Assembly: GCA_001303585.1 (NCBI GenBank)
Contig: LJTT01000002.1
Location: 5,837 to 69,836, forward strand
Length of the DNA: 64,000 nt
Source: Betaproteobacteria bacterium SG8_41
Lineage (GTDB): Bacteria; Pseudomonadota; Gammaproteobacteria; Burkholderiales; SG8-41
Direction of reading: 5' to 3'
Both the position numbers and the translations under genes were made by a program. This document shows positions 38,251-47,743 of this stretch, one piece after another (within the stretch, counting starts at the first letter, position 1; the number at the start of each line of letters is the position of its first letter). The notes beneath the pieces are model-generated. The model made no database searches. It saw nothing but the letters and a program-made list of their open reading frames with translations, and was not told the origin of the DNA.

Positions 38251-38268
38251 TACGACGTCCCCGGCCCC

Positions 38269-39009
38269 CTATCCAGTCTCGCGTCCACGCTTCGGCGCCG
38301 TCTCCGGAGGACCAGCCTCGGGAATACGCACCGCAAATCCGTTTGCATAGCGAAGGTCCACATACTCGATGGGCTGCTCCAGCGGCGCCACGGCACGGTC
38401 GTACGCCGCAACGAAGCGGTCAAAGCGGGCTTCGATCTGCTCGCGCCCGAGCTCCAGCGTGAGCCCGCCCTCGAGCTTTACCTGCCAGGCGCGTCGAGGC
38501 GAGACCTGCACCTGCACCGGCCGCAGGCCGATGCCGGCAAGTCGCCGGCGGAAGTATTCGTACTGGATGGCCATTTCCTTGGCCGCTCCGGGCGGGCCTG
38601 TGAATACGGGCAGCGGCCCGCTGTAGGCTGCCTCGAAGCGCTCGCCGTACGTGTTCACCAGTGCGGTTTTGGCCCAGCGCGCCAGCGGCTGGTGCTCTTC
38701 AAACCTGACCTCAAGCCGGTCCGGCCAGTGCCGCCGCAGCTCGACGCTTCGCACCCATGGCAACCGCGTGAAAGCATGCCGAATGGCATCGAGGTCGAGG
38801 GTAAAGAAATTCCCCTTGAGTTCGCGCCGCACGATGATCTCGATCTGGTGGCGAGTGACATGCGAGGGCGCGATTTCGACCCGGACTTCACGCAGCGGGA
38901 ATATCGGAAGCTGTATCGTGAACGCAACCGCCACGAACAGCGCGAGCAGCACCGCGATGCCGTAGAGCGCGCTGGCGGCCGCATTGAGGATGTCCGGTCT
39001 ATCCCACAT
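38269..39009 (-). CDS. ftsQ: cell division protein FtsQ
   Basis: The internal ATG at 39009 is followed by a TM helix and then POTRA-like RHQIEIIVRRELKGNFFTLDL. Position fits the dcw cluster. Confidence 0.85.
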   Translation of the reverse strand: MWDRPDILNAAASALYGIAVLLALFVAVAFTIQLPIFPLREVRVEIAPSHVTRHQIEIIVRRELKGNFFTLDLDAIRHAFTRLPWVRSVELRRHWPDRLEVRFEEHQPLARWAKTALVNTYGERFEAAYSGPLPVFTGPPGAAKEMAIQYEYFRRRLAGIGLRPVQVQVSPRRAWQVKLEGGLTLELGREQIEARFDRFVAAYDRAVAPLEQPIEYVDLRYANGFAVRIPEAGPPETAPKRGRETG

Positions 39010-39062
39010 GGCTTCGCCCGTTTCGGGTACCGAGCTCCGGGTTCCGGTTTCGAGGTGTCGGC

Positions 39063-39974
39063 TTAGCCCACATGCGCCGACTCCAATATCCGCACGCACA
39101 AATCTTCAAACGAGACTCCTCTGGCGCGGGCCGCCATCGGCACCAGGCTGTGGTCCGTCATCCCCGGCACGGTGTTGACCTCGAGCAGGTAAGGATCGCC
39201 CGCACGGTCCAGCATCAGGTCGACGCGCCCCCAGCCGCAGCAGCCCAGAAGTTCGAAGGCGGCGAGGGCTACCTGGCGCATGCGTTGCTCCTCCGCGTCC
39301 GGCAATCCGCAAGGGCAGATATAGCGCGTGTCATCGGCGACGTATTTCGCCTGGTAGTCGTAAAACGTCCGCGGTGTCTCGAGGCGTATCAATGGCAGCG
39401 GCTCGTCGTCGAGAATTCCGGCAGTGAGCTCAACGCCCTCGATAAAGGCTTCGGCGATCACCGCCTTGTCATAGCGGGCGGCCAGCTCATACGCCTCGCC
39501 GAGCGCCTCGACCGACGCGGCCTTCGTCATGCCGATTGACGAGCCTTCGCTTGCGGGCTTCACCATCACCGGCAGTCCCAGTCGGTCCACCACCCGCAAG
39601 TAGTCGGTTCGCGGCGTGAGCAGCTCATAGGCCGGGGTTGGCATTCCGGCTGCCTGCCACAGGAGCTTGGTGCGCCACTTGTCCATGGCGAGCGCGCTCG
39701 CCATGACGCCACTGCCGGTATAGGGAATGCCGAGATATTCGAGCGCGCCCTGCACCGTTCCGTCTTCGCCGAAACGGCCGTGCAACGCGACAAAGGCGCG
39801 CTCGAATTTCCCGGCGGCGAGCTCGTCCAGCCGCTGCTCGCGCGGATCGAAGGCATGAGCATCCACACCGCTCCTCTTCAGGGCAGCGAGCACCATCGCC
39901 CCGCTCTTGAGCGAGATCTCCCTCTCGGCCGAGCGGCCGCCCATTAACACCGCGACCTTTCCAAAATTACCCAT
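39063..39974 (-). CDS. ddl: D-alanine--D-alanine ligase
   Basis: [22 protein letters not shown]...[14 protein letters not shown]...EVNTVPGMT. Confidence 0.95.
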   Translation of the reverse strand: MGNFGKVAVLMGGRSAEREISLKSGAMVLAALKRSGVDAHAFDPREQRLDELAAGKFERAFVALHGRFGEDGTVQGALEYLGIPYTGSGVMASALAMDKWRTKLLWQAAGMPTPAYELLTPRTDYLRVVDRLGLPVMVKPASEGSSIGMTKAASVEALGEAYELAARYDKAVIAEAFIEGVELTAGILDDEPLPLIRLETPRTFYDYQAKYVADDTRYICPCGLPDAEEQRMRQVALAAFELLGCCGWGRVDLMLDRAGDPYLLEVNTVPGMTDHSLVPMAARARGVSFEDLCVRILESAHVG

Positions 39975-40115
39975 CCATCACTCTCCGGCCTGCCCATTCG
40001 CTTGGGCATCCGCACGTGCACCTTCGGGGTCGCACCCCACCAAGAACGTGGGGCCCCTGCTCCGCCCTCCGGTGCCCCCGCCCATCAAGACCGCTACCTT
40101 TCCAAACTTGCTCAC
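39937..40115 (-). repeat. hairpin element copy B inside the ddl 5' end, with diverged duplication of the ddl start (X-Y-X)
   Basis: X copies at 39937-39974 and 40078-40115 have 31 of 38 positions identical. The core Y at 39975-40077 contains ggggtcgcaccccaccaagaacgtggggcccctgctcc. Confidence 0.8.
39978..40115 (-). CDS. leader ORF created by the duplication (45 codons; N-terminus mimics Ddl)
   Basis: The GTG at 40115, 6 nt after the murB stop, reads [14 protein letters not shown]..., runs through the element, and ends at the TGA at 39980-39978, 3 nt before the ddl ATG. Translation is untested. Confidence 0.35.
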   Translation of the reverse strand: MSKFGKVAVLMGGGTGGRSRGPTFLVGCDPEGARADAQANGQAGE

Positions 40116-40121
40116 GACCGT

Positions 40122-41111
40122 TCACCGTTCACCCACAATGCGCACTTCGCGCTCCAGTTCGATCCCGAACTTTTCGCGCACGCTGCGTTCCGCCAGCTCG
40201 ATGAGCGCCTCGATATCGGACGCGCTTGCCCCGCCGGTATTGACGATGAAGTTCGCGTGCTTATCCGAGATCTGTGCACCGCCGATGACGCGCCCCTTCA
40301 GCCCGCAGGCCTCGATCAGCCGCGCAGCGTAATCGTTCGGCGGATTGCGAAACACGGAACCGGCGTTGGGTTTCTCGAGCGGCTGCGTCGAGAGACGCCT
40401 TTGCAGCAGTCCCTTGATGATGCGGCGCGACGACTGGCGGTCGCCGCGGGGAAGACGGAAGATCGCGGCAACGAACCATTCTTTGGGCCGATCGGGGGTG
40501 AACGATAGAGAGTCAGGCTCGCCGGTTTCTGGTACCGGTTGCCCCACGCCTTGATCCTTCAGGCGCACGTGGCGGTAGTCGATCTCGTAGTCCTCCGGAA
40601 AACGCTCGCGCAAGGTGCCGCTGCGATCGATCGTCACTGCACGCGCCACGATCTTCCAGGTCTCGCCGCCGAAACAGCCTGCATTCATCGCGAGCGCGCC
40701 GCCCACCGTGCCCGGTATGCCCGCGAGGAATTCCGCCCCCCTGAAACCATGCATTGCCGCAAAGCGCGCGACTTTCGGGCTCGCGATGCCGGCCTCGGCG
40801 TAGATCTCGCCGTGCCCGTTTTCGACGCGCCCGACCCGGATCGCCCGCAGCGCCCACTGCATCAGGATCACCGTGCCGCGCACGCCCGCGTCGCGCACCA
40901 GCAGGTTGCTCCCGAGGCCCACGATGTGCACCGGCTCGCTCACCGACAGGGAACGCAGGAAGGCGGTCAGATCGTCGAGGTCGGCCGGAAAATACGCCCG
41001 GTCCGCGGGACCGCCGACGCGCCAGCTCGTGTGGCGCGCCATCGGCTCGTCCTGCCGCAGCTCCCCGCGCAGAGTCACGACCCGTTTCTCAGGGTCCGTT
41101 ATCGCGTTCAT
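40122..41111 (-). CDS. murB: UDP-N-acetylenolpyruvoylglucosamine reductase
   Basis: [11 protein letters not shown]...GLGSNLLV...GSVFRNP. The start overlaps the murC stop. Confidence 0.95.
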   Translation of the reverse strand: MNAITDPEKRVVTLRGELRQDEPMARHTSWRVGGPADRAYFPADLDDLTAFLRSLSVSEPVHIVGLGSNLLVRDAGVRGTVILMQWALRAIRVGRVENGHGEIYAEAGIASPKVARFAAMHGFRGAEFLAGIPGTVGGALAMNAGCFGGETWKIVARAVTIDRSGTLRERFPEDYEIDYRHVRLKDQGVGQPVPETGEPDSLSFTPDRPKEWFVAAIFRLPRGDRQSSRRIIKGLLQRRLSTQPLEKPNAGSVFRNPPNDYAARLIEACGLKGRVIGGAQISDKHANFIVNTGGASASDIEALIELAERSVREKFGIELEREVRIVGER

Positions 41112-42538
41112 GCCGCTCCTCCGTTTACGCTGCGCACCCGGTTTGCGAGTTGGATGGCCACAGTGCCTATGGAACCCGCGCCCATCGTGAGCACCACATC
41201 GCCGTCGCGCGCCAATGCCAGGATCTCAGCCGGCAACTGGGACACCTTTTCCACAAAGACCGGTTCCACCTTGCCCTGCACCCTCACAGCCCGTGCAAGC
41301 GCCCGCCCATCGGCCGCCACGATGGGCGCCTCACCCGCCGCGTAAACCTCGGTCAGAATGACCGCGTCCGCTGTGGAAAGGACCGTGACGAAGTCCTCGA
41401 AGCAATCGCGGGTGCGCGTGTAGCGATGGGGCTGGAATGCAAGCAGAAGCCTTCGCTTCGGGAAAGCGCCGCGCGCCGCCGCCAGCGTCGCTGCCATCTC
41501 CGCGGGATGGTGGCCGTAATCGTCAATCAGCGTGAAGCTGCCTCCGCCCGGCAGCCGCACCTTTCCGAACTGCTGGAAGCGGCGGCCGACTCCCTTGAAC
41601 TGGGCGAGCGCCCGGGCGATCTTCTTCTCGGGCACACCCAGCTCCAGACCGACGGCAACCGCCGCGAGCGCATTGCGCACGTTGTGCACGCCCGGAAGGT
41701 TGAGCGTAATGGCCAGCTTGCCGTTGCCGGACGCGGCGCCTGAAGGGCCCGACCGCTCGACCTGGAAGCGCATTTGCCCGCCACTCGCGATCACGTCAAC
41801 AGCGCGTACATGCGCGTCAGGAGAAAGTCCGTAGGGAGTGACCGGCTTGCTCAACTGGGGCATGATGGTCCGGACGTTCGGGTCATCGATGCAAAGGACG
41901 GCCATGCCGTAGAACGGCAGGCGCTGCAGGAAATCGACAAATGCCTGCCGCAGCTTGTCCAGAGAATGGTCATAGGTCTCCATGTGGTCAGCGTCGATAT
42001 TGGTGACCACGGCGACCACGGGTTGCAGGTAAAGGAAAGATGCGTCGGATTCATCGGCTTCGGCCACGATGAACTCGCCGGCACCGAGCTTGGCATTGCT
42101 GCCCGCCGCTTCGAGCCTGCCACCGATCACGAACGTGGGATCCAGTCCGCCTTCCGCGAGCACGCTCGCGACGAGACTGGTCGTGGTGGTCTTGCCATGG
42201 GTGCCGGCCACCGCGATGCCTTGTTTCAGCCGCATCAACTCGGCGAGCATCAGCGCCCGCGGAACCACCGGGACCTTCGCGCCGCGCGCGGCAACGACCT
42301 CGGGGTTGTCGTCCCGCACAGCACTCGATATGACGACCGCGTCGGCGCCCGCGACATGCTCGGCGGAGTGACCGCTGCGGATGCGGGCGCCAAGCCCGCG
42401 CAAGCGGCGCGTCACCGCGTTGTCCGCAAGATCGGAGCCACTCACCGCGTAACCGAGATTGAGCAGCACCTCGGCGATGCCGCACATGCCGGCGCCGCCT
42501 ATCCCCACGAAATGCACATGCTTCACCTTGTGTTTCAT
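41108..42538 (-). CDS. murC: UDP-N-acetylmuramate--L-alanine ligase
   Basis: [25 protein letters not shown]...[12 protein letters not shown] at 42538 with an AAGGAG SD. Confidence 0.95.
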   Translation of the reverse strand: MKHKVKHVHFVGIGGAGMCGIAEVLLNLGYAVSGSDLADNAVTRRLRGLGARIRSGHSAEHVAGADAVVISSAVRDDNPEVVAARGAKVPVVPRALMLAELMRLKQGIAVAGTHGKTTTTSLVASVLAEGGLDPTFVIGGRLEAAGSNAKLGAGEFIVAEADESDASFLYLQPVVAVVTNIDADHMETYDHSLDKLRQAFVDFLQRLPFYGMAVLCIDDPNVRTIMPQLSKPVTPYGLSPDAHVRAVDVIASGGQMRFQVERSGPSGAASGNGKLAITLNLPGVHNVRNALAAVAVGLELGVPEKKIARALAQFKGVGRRFQQFGKVRLPGGGSFTLIDDYGHHPAEMAATLAAARGAFPKRRLLLAFQPHRYTRTRDCFEDFVTVLSTADAVILTEVYAAGEAPIVAADGRALARAVRVQGKVEPVFVEKVSQLPAEILALARDGDVVLTMGAGSIGTVAIQLANRVRSVNGGAA

Positions 42539-42744
42539 CGGCGGCAGCTCCTTGCCCGCGACACGACACAGCCGGCGGCCCACGCCGATCGCGGCCGGTC
42601 GCATCCCCTCGCAAAAACCGCAAGGGGCCCCTGCTCCCTGCTCTCAGCGGTCCCGCCTATCCCCACGAAATGCACATGCTTCACCTTGTGTTTCATCGGC
42701 GGCAGCTCCTTGCCCGCGACACGACACAGCCGGCGGCCGACGCC
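42495..42744 (-). repeat. hairpin element copy C inside the murC 5' end, with a 92-bp near-perfect duplication (X-Y-X)
   Basis: X copies at 42495-42586 and 42653-42744 differ at a single position (42581 c versus 42739 g). The core Y at 42587-42652 contains ggtcgcatcccctcgcaaaaaccgcaaggggcccctgctcc. Confidence 0.9.
42535..42696 (-). CDS. leader ORF created by the duplication (53 codons; first 15 residues identical to MurC)
   Basis: The ATG at 42696 carries a duplicated SD. The ORF reads [15 protein letters not shown], crosses the element, changes frame relative to murC, and stops at a TGA that overlaps the genuine murC ATG (ATGA at 42538-42535). Translation is untested. Confidence 0.35.
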   Translation of the reverse strand: MKHKVKHVHFVGIGGTAESREQGPLAVFARGCDRPRSAWAAGCVVSRARSCRR

Positions 42745-42782
42745 ACCTGAGCCCGGTCTGCGTTCTGCCTTCTGCCTTCGGG

Positions 42783-43853
42783 TCATGCGGCCAGCTCCGC
42801 GCAAACTTTCGCGACAGCGCGCGTGGCATCGGGTTTGCCCACGGCACGCGCCTGTTGCGCCATGGCAAGCAGCCGCTCGCGTGTCAATCCAGCCAGCATC
42901 TCGGCAAGCCGCTGCGGCGTGAATTCCAGCTGGGGAATCAGCAGGGCAGCGCCGCGATCCGCAAGGAACCGCGCGTTGAGGATCTGGTGGTCATCCACGG
43001 CGTGCGGGTAGGGCACCAGCACGGAAGCCAATCCCGCCGCCGCGATCTCGGCGATGGTGGTGGCGCCCGCGCGGCAAATGATGAGATCGGACTCGCCGTA
43101 GCGCGCCGCAATGTCGTCGATGAAAGCCGTCACCTCAGCCTCGACGCCGCGCTCCTGGTAAGAGCGCCGGACTGCCTCCTCGTGCGCGCCTCCTGCCTGG
43201 TGCAGGACCCGCGGGCGCGCTTGCTCGGGCACGAGCGCCAGCGCATCGGGTAATGTCGTATTGAGCACCCGCGCGCCCTGGCTGCCACCCATCACCAGGA
43301 TCCTCAGGCGCCCGCCCCGTTCCCGGTAGCGGTTTTCGGGAGGCGCCATCACCACGATCTCCGCCCGCACCGGATTGCCGGTGATGATCACTGCAGTAGC
43401 TTCGCCAAATGCCTCGGGAAACGTGGTGAGCACCCGGTCGGCAAGCTTCGCCAGGACCCGGTTAGCGAGGCCGGCCACCGAATTCTGCTCGTGAATCGCC
43501 AAAGGGCGGTTGAACAGCGCCGCCATCATTGCGCCGGGAAACGAGACGTAGCCGCCCATGCCGAGCACGACGTCCGGGCGGTGCGAGAAGATCGCGCGTG
43601 CGGCCTGCCAGAACGCCAGGAGCAGCTGCGCGGGCAGCAAGGCCGCCTGCAGCACGTTGCGGCCCCGCACGCCCGAGAACCGGACCCACGCCATTGCGTA
43701 GCGGCGCTGGGGAATCAGACCCGCCTCCATCCCGGCCCGGCTACCCATCCAGACCACGTTCCAGCCCTCGGCGCGCAGATACTCCGCCACAGCGAGGCCG
43801 GGGAAAATGTGGCCGCCCGTGCCCCCGGCCATGATCATGATCGTCCGGCTCAC
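42783..43853 (-). CDS. murG: undecaprenyldiphospho-muramoylpentapeptide beta-N-acetylglucosaminyltransferase
   Basis: IMIMAGGTGGHIFPGLAVA...MGGSQGA. GTG start at 43853. Confidence 0.95.
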   Translation of the reverse strand: MSRTIMIMAGGTGGHIFPGLAVAEYLRAEGWNVVWMGSRAGMEAGLIPQRRYAMAWVRFSGVRGRNVLQAALLPAQLLLAFWQAARAIFSHRPDVVLGMGGYVSFPGAMMAALFNRPLAIHEQNSVAGLANRVLAKLADRVLTTFPEAFGEATAVIITGNPVRAEIVVMAPPENRYRERGGRLRILVMGGSQGARVLNTTLPDALALVPEQARPRVLHQAGGAHEEAVRRSYQERGVEAEVTAFIDDIAARYGESDLIICRAGATTIAEIAAAGLASVLVPYPHAVDDHQILNARFLADRGAALLIPQLEFTPQRLAEMLAGLTRERLLAMAQQARAVGKPDATRAVAKVCAELAA

Positions 43854-43953
43854 TTCAGCACCCTCTGTTCACCACAGCAGCAAACACAGGCAGAGGAAAG
43901 TTTTTCGACAGGAATCTTCGTGACCCTGTGTCTCCGTGGTTCAGCGCACCGGC

Positions 43954-45114
43954 TCATACGGTATGCCCCCGCATGATCTGGCGGTTCTCCCAATCGACGC
44001 GCAGCAGCACCGCGATCGAGCAGCACGTCGCTGCGATCGCGCTGCCCCCGAATGACAGCAGGGGAAGCGTAAGCCCCTTGGTCGGCAACGTTCCCGTATT
44101 GACACCGATGTTGACGATCGCCTGCACGCCGATCCAAATCCCGATACCGTTGGCGACCAGTGCCGCGAAATGGCGCTCGAGCATCGCAGCGCGACGCCCT
44201 ATCGCGAATGCGCGCATCACGATCCAGGCAAAAGCGAGAACGATCGCCATCACCGCCACGAAGCCAAGCTCTTCGGCAATCACGGCAAGCAGAAAATCGG
44301 TGTGCGCCTCAGGCAGGTAGAAGAGCTTCTCCACGCTCGCCCCGAGGCCGACACCGAACCACTCGCCGCGCCCGAAAGCGATCAGCGCGTGCGAGAGCTG
44401 ATAGCCGGTGCCGTAGGGGTCGGCCCAGGGGTCCATGAAGCCGATCACGCGCTGCAGCCGATAGGGCGAGGCGAGAATCAGGAGCACGAATCCCGCCAGC
44501 AGCAACATCATCAGCCCCGCGAAGAGTTTCCAGTTCATGCCGCCCAGGAAGAGAATCCCCATCGCGATCACGGTGATCACAACGAACGCGCCGAAGTCCG
44601 GCTCGCGCAGCAGCAGACCCCCGATGACCAGCATCACCATCAGCATCGGTAGAAACCCGCGCCGCAGGCTGTCCATGTGCACCGCCTTGCGCACGGTGTA
44701 ATCCGCGGCATAGAGCACCACGAAAAGCTTCATGAACTCGGAGGGCTGGAGATTCACGAAGTAGAGCGATAGCCACCTTTTGCTGCCGTTCACCTCGCGC
44801 CCGATGCCGGGCACCAGCACCAGGGCGAGAAGCACCGCGCCGACGAGGAACAGCCAGGGCGCCGCCTGCTGCCACACCCGCAGCGGCACCTGGAACGCGA
44901 CGAGCGCTGCCATAACGCCTGCACCGACGAAAAGTGCGTGCCGCACCAGGTAGTAGCTTGCCTGGTATCCGGACGCGCGGCTCGCCTCTGCAATCGCAAT
45001 CGACGCGGAATAAACCATCACGACACCCAGCCCGAGCATGAGCAGCGTCATCCACATGAGCGTCTGGTCGTACTCGGCGAGCGGCAGACGGGCGTTGGCT
45101 TCCGAGTAAAACAC
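43954..45114 (-). CDS. ftsW: peptidoglycan glycosyltransferase / lipid II flippase-family FtsW
   Basis: Polytopic SEDS protein ([14 protein letters not shown]...LPEAHTDF...[16 protein letters not shown]). The GTG at 45114, 1 nt after the murD stop, is preferred over the long ORF start. Confidence 0.9.
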   Translation of the reverse strand: MFYSEANARLPLAEYDQTLMWMTLLMLGLGVVMVYSASIAIAEASRASGYQASYYLVRHALFVGAGVMAALVAFQVPLRVWQQAAPWLFLVGAVLLALVLVPGIGREVNGSKRWLSLYFVNLQPSEFMKLFVVLYAADYTVRKAVHMDSLRRGFLPMLMVMLVIGGLLLREPDFGAFVVITVIAMGILFLGGMNWKLFAGLMMLLLAGFVLLILASPYRLQRVIGFMDPWADPYGTGYQLSHALIAFGRGEWFGVGLGASVEKLFYLPEAHTDFLLAVIAEELGFVAVMAIVLAFAWIVMRAFAIGRRAAMLERHFAALVANGIGIWIGVQAIVNIGVNTGTLPTKGLTLPLLSFGGSAIAATCCSIAVLLRVDWENRQIMRGHTV

Positions 45115-45115
45115 G

Positions 45116-46522
45116 TCAGCCCTCCTTCCGCGCGAGCGCCTGCACCGCTGCCACAAAGACTTGGCCGCGATGCTGATAATTGCGGAACATGTCGAAGCTT
45201 GCGCAGGCCGGCGAGAGCAGCACTGCGTCGCCCGCCCGCGAGGCACGGCGCGCCGCGGCAACCGCCTGCTCCATGTCGCGCGCATGCTCGAGGGGCACGC
45301 CGGTTCCAGACAGGGCCTGCTCGATTCGATCGGCGTCGCGCCCGATCAGGACGACAGCCCGCGCGTGGCGCTGTATCGCGGAAGCAAGCGGACTGAAGTC
45401 CTGTCCTTTTCCGTCCCCGCCCGCGATGAGCACGACGGGCTGGCCCATACCCGAGAGCGCCGCCACGGTCGCGCCCACGTTGGTGCCTTTCGAGTCGTCA
45501 TAAAAGGTCACGCCCGCGAATTCCGCCACGCGTTGCGCGCGATGGGGCAGCCCCTCGAAGCGGCGCAGCGCGTCCGCTGCCGAAGCTTCAGGCATTCCGA
45601 CAGCATGCGTCAGCGCGCAGGCAGCCAGGGCGTTGGCGGCGTTGTGCTCTCCCGCGAGCGGAAGCTCGGCAAGCGCCATCAGGCGATGCGAGCCGTGGGC
45701 CAGCGCGCGCGCGCCGCGCGTCTCCGTGACGCCCCATTCCGACTCCGCGCGCGGTGCCGAGAGCCCAAACGTGAAAATGGTGCGGCCGGCGCGCGCCATG
45801 CTCTTGCTCCAGCGGTCATCCCGGTTGAGGACCTGGACGCCGTTGCCAGCAAACACGCGCGACTTCGCGGCCGCGTAATCTTCCATCCCGTCGTAGCGGT
45901 CGAGGTGATCTTCCGTGAGATTGAGCACCGTTGCGGCGTCCGGCGCCAAATGCACCGTGCTTTCGAGCTGGAAGCTCGACAGTTCGATCACGAAAACATC
46001 CGGCGCGACCGGGGCGTCTTCGACATCAGCCAGCGCATCGAGAACCGGCAGGCCGATGTTTCCCGCGACCACCGTATTGCGGCCGGCCGCGCCGCAAATC
46101 GCGCCAGCCATGGCAGTGACGGTGCTCTTGCCATTCGATCCGGTGACAGCGAGGACTTGCGCATTGCGCGCCGGACTGGACGGCAGGGCCTGCGCGAACA
46201 GCTCCACATCGCCGACGAGCGGCACGCCCCGCCCCGAGGCCCGCGCGATCGGCGCCTCGCGCCGGTCGAGCCCGGGGCTGATCGCAATGCCATCTGCGTC
46301 CCGGAACGTCTCGTCGCTGAAGGCGCCCGTGACGAGCGGGACGTGGGGCAGCTCGCGAGCAAGCTGCGCGGCGTGGGGCGGCTCGGGACGGCTGTCCGCC
46401 ACCCGCACCCGCGCGCCGCGGCGCGCCAGCCAGCGCGTCATCGAAAGCCCCGTATCACCGAGCCCGAGCACGATCACTTTTCGTCCACTCCAATCCACAG
46501 AATCCGTCCGAGCGCCGCTCAA
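45116..46522 (-). CDS. murD: UDP-N-acetylmuramoylalanine--D-glutamate ligase
   Basis: [13 protein letters not shown]...[10 protein letters not shown]. The start is ambiguous (TTG at 46522 or GTG at 46498). Confidence 0.93.
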   Translation of the reverse strand: MSGARTDSVDWSGRKVIVLGLGDTGLSMTRWLARRGARVRVADSRPEPPHAAQLARELPHVPLVTGAFSDETFRDADGIAISPGLDRREAPIARASGRGVPLVGDVELFAQALPSSPARNAQVLAVTGSNGKSTVTAMAGAICGAAGRNTVVAGNIGLPVLDALADVEDAPVAPDVFVIELSSFQLESTVHLAPDAATVLNLTEDHLDRYDGMEDYAAAKSRVFAGNGVQVLNRDDRWSKSMARAGRTIFTFGLSAPRAESEWGVTETRGARALAHGSHRLMALAELPLAGEHNAANALAACALTHAVGMPEASAADALRRFEGLPHRAQRVAEFAGVTFYDDSKGTNVGATVAALSGMGQPVVLIAGGDGKGQDFSPLASAIQRHARAVVLIGRDADRIEQALSGTGVPLEHARDMEQAVAAARRASRAGDAVLLSPACASFDMFRNYQHRGQVFVAAVQALARKEG

Positions 46523-46565
46523 CGCCTGTCAACGACGATGTCGGAGCTCTTGACGCTCTTGGTTC

Positions 46566-46592
46566 CACGTTCATCTGCGTTCATCTGCGGTT
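46566..46592. repeat. tandem decamer (GTTCATCTGC x2) between mraY and murD
   Basis: cacgttcatctgcgttcatctgcggtt. The reverse complement GCAGATGAAC x2 differs by 1 nt from the GCAGATAAAC units at 7514-7533. Confidence 0.8.
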
Positions 46593-46596
46593 TCAT

Positions 46597-47682
46597 TCAA
46601 CGTAGCTTCAGGGTCGAAAGCCCCACCAGCACCAGCATCATCGTGATAATCCAGAAACGGACGACGACCTGGTTCTCCTTCCAGCCCTTCAATTCGTAGT
46701 GGTGATGCAGCGGCGCCATTCGAAAGATGCGCTTGCCGGTCAGCTTGAACGACGCGACCTGGAGCATCACCGAAAGCGTCTCCACCACGAAGACGCCGCC
46801 CATGATGAAGAGCACGATCTCCTGCCTCACGATGACCGCGATGGTTCCCAGCGCAGCGCCCAGCGCGAGCGCACCGACATCGCCCATGAACACTTCCGCC
46901 GGATAGGCGTTGAACCAGAGAAAGGCTAGCCCTGCTCCCGCGATTGCGCCGCAGATCACCGCCAGCTCGCCCGCGCCTGGAATGAAGGGAAAACCGAGAT
47001 ACTTGGAAAACACAGCATGGCCGGCGACGTAAGCGAAGATGCCAAGCGCGCCTCCGATCATTACCGTGGGCATGATCGCGAGGCCGTCGAGCCCGTCGGT
47101 CAGATTAACGGCATTGCTCGTTCCGACGATCACGAAATAGGTCATCACGATGAAGCCGAACGCGCCGAGCGGATACGCAATCTCCTTGAAGAACGGCACG
47201 ATGAAGACCGTCTGCGCCGGCAGATTCGTGTAGAAAGCGAGATACCCGGCGGCAGTCAGTCCCACGATCGATTGCCACAGGAATTTGGATCGCGCCGACA
47301 GCCCCTTGGGATTGCGCCGCACCACCTTGCGGTAGTCGTCCACCCAGCCGATGCCGCCGAAACCAATCGTCACCCAGAGGACAATCCATACCAGGCGATT
47401 CTCGAGGTCGGCCCACAGCAGCACCGTCGCCGTGATCGAAACCAACATCAACGCCCCGCCCATGGTGGGGGTCCCGGCTTTCGCGAGATGCGTTTGCGGC
47501 CCGTCGTCGCGTACCGACTGGCCAATCTTGTAGGCCGTGAGCTTGCGGATCATCGCGGGACCGACGACGAAGGAGATGACGAGCGCGGTTAGGCACGCCA
47601 GCACCGCGCGCAACGTGATGTAATTGAACACGTTGAACGCGCGCACTTCCCGGGCAAGAAACTGGGCAAGCTCTAGCAGCAT
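46597..47682 (-). CDS. mraY: phospho-N-acetylmuramoyl-pentapeptide transferase
   Basis: MLLELAQFL...[11 protein letters not shown]...[13 protein letters not shown]. Confidence 0.96.
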   Translation of the reverse strand: MLLELAQFLAREVRAFNVFNYITLRAVLACLTALVISFVVGPAMIRKLTAYKIGQSVRDDGPQTHLAKAGTPTMGGALMLVSITATVLLWADLENRLVWIVLWVTIGFGGIGWVDDYRKVVRRNPKGLSARSKFLWQSIVGLTAAGYLAFYTNLPAQTVFIVPFFKEIAYPLGAFGFIVMTYFVIVGTSNAVNLTDGLDGLAIMPTVMIGGALGIFAYVAGHAVFSKYLGFPFIPGAGELAVICGAIAGAGLAFLWFNAYPAEVFMGDVGALALGAALGTIAVIVRQEIVLFIMGGVFVVETLSVMLQVASFKLTGKRIFRMAPLHHHYELKGWKENQVVVRFWIITMMLVLVGLSTLKLR

Positions 47683-47743
47683 GCGTCACTCCCCGCGAGA
47701 AGCCGCAAAGTGGCCGATCGGGCGCTTGGATGAATCACGTGAT

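Noticed and set aside
37564-39066. 500-aa plus-strand ORF, and similar ones at 47624..49156, 41774..42922 and 45161..46699, inside the dcw cluster
   Set aside because: All are antisense to conserved cell-wall and division genes. None has independent evidence.
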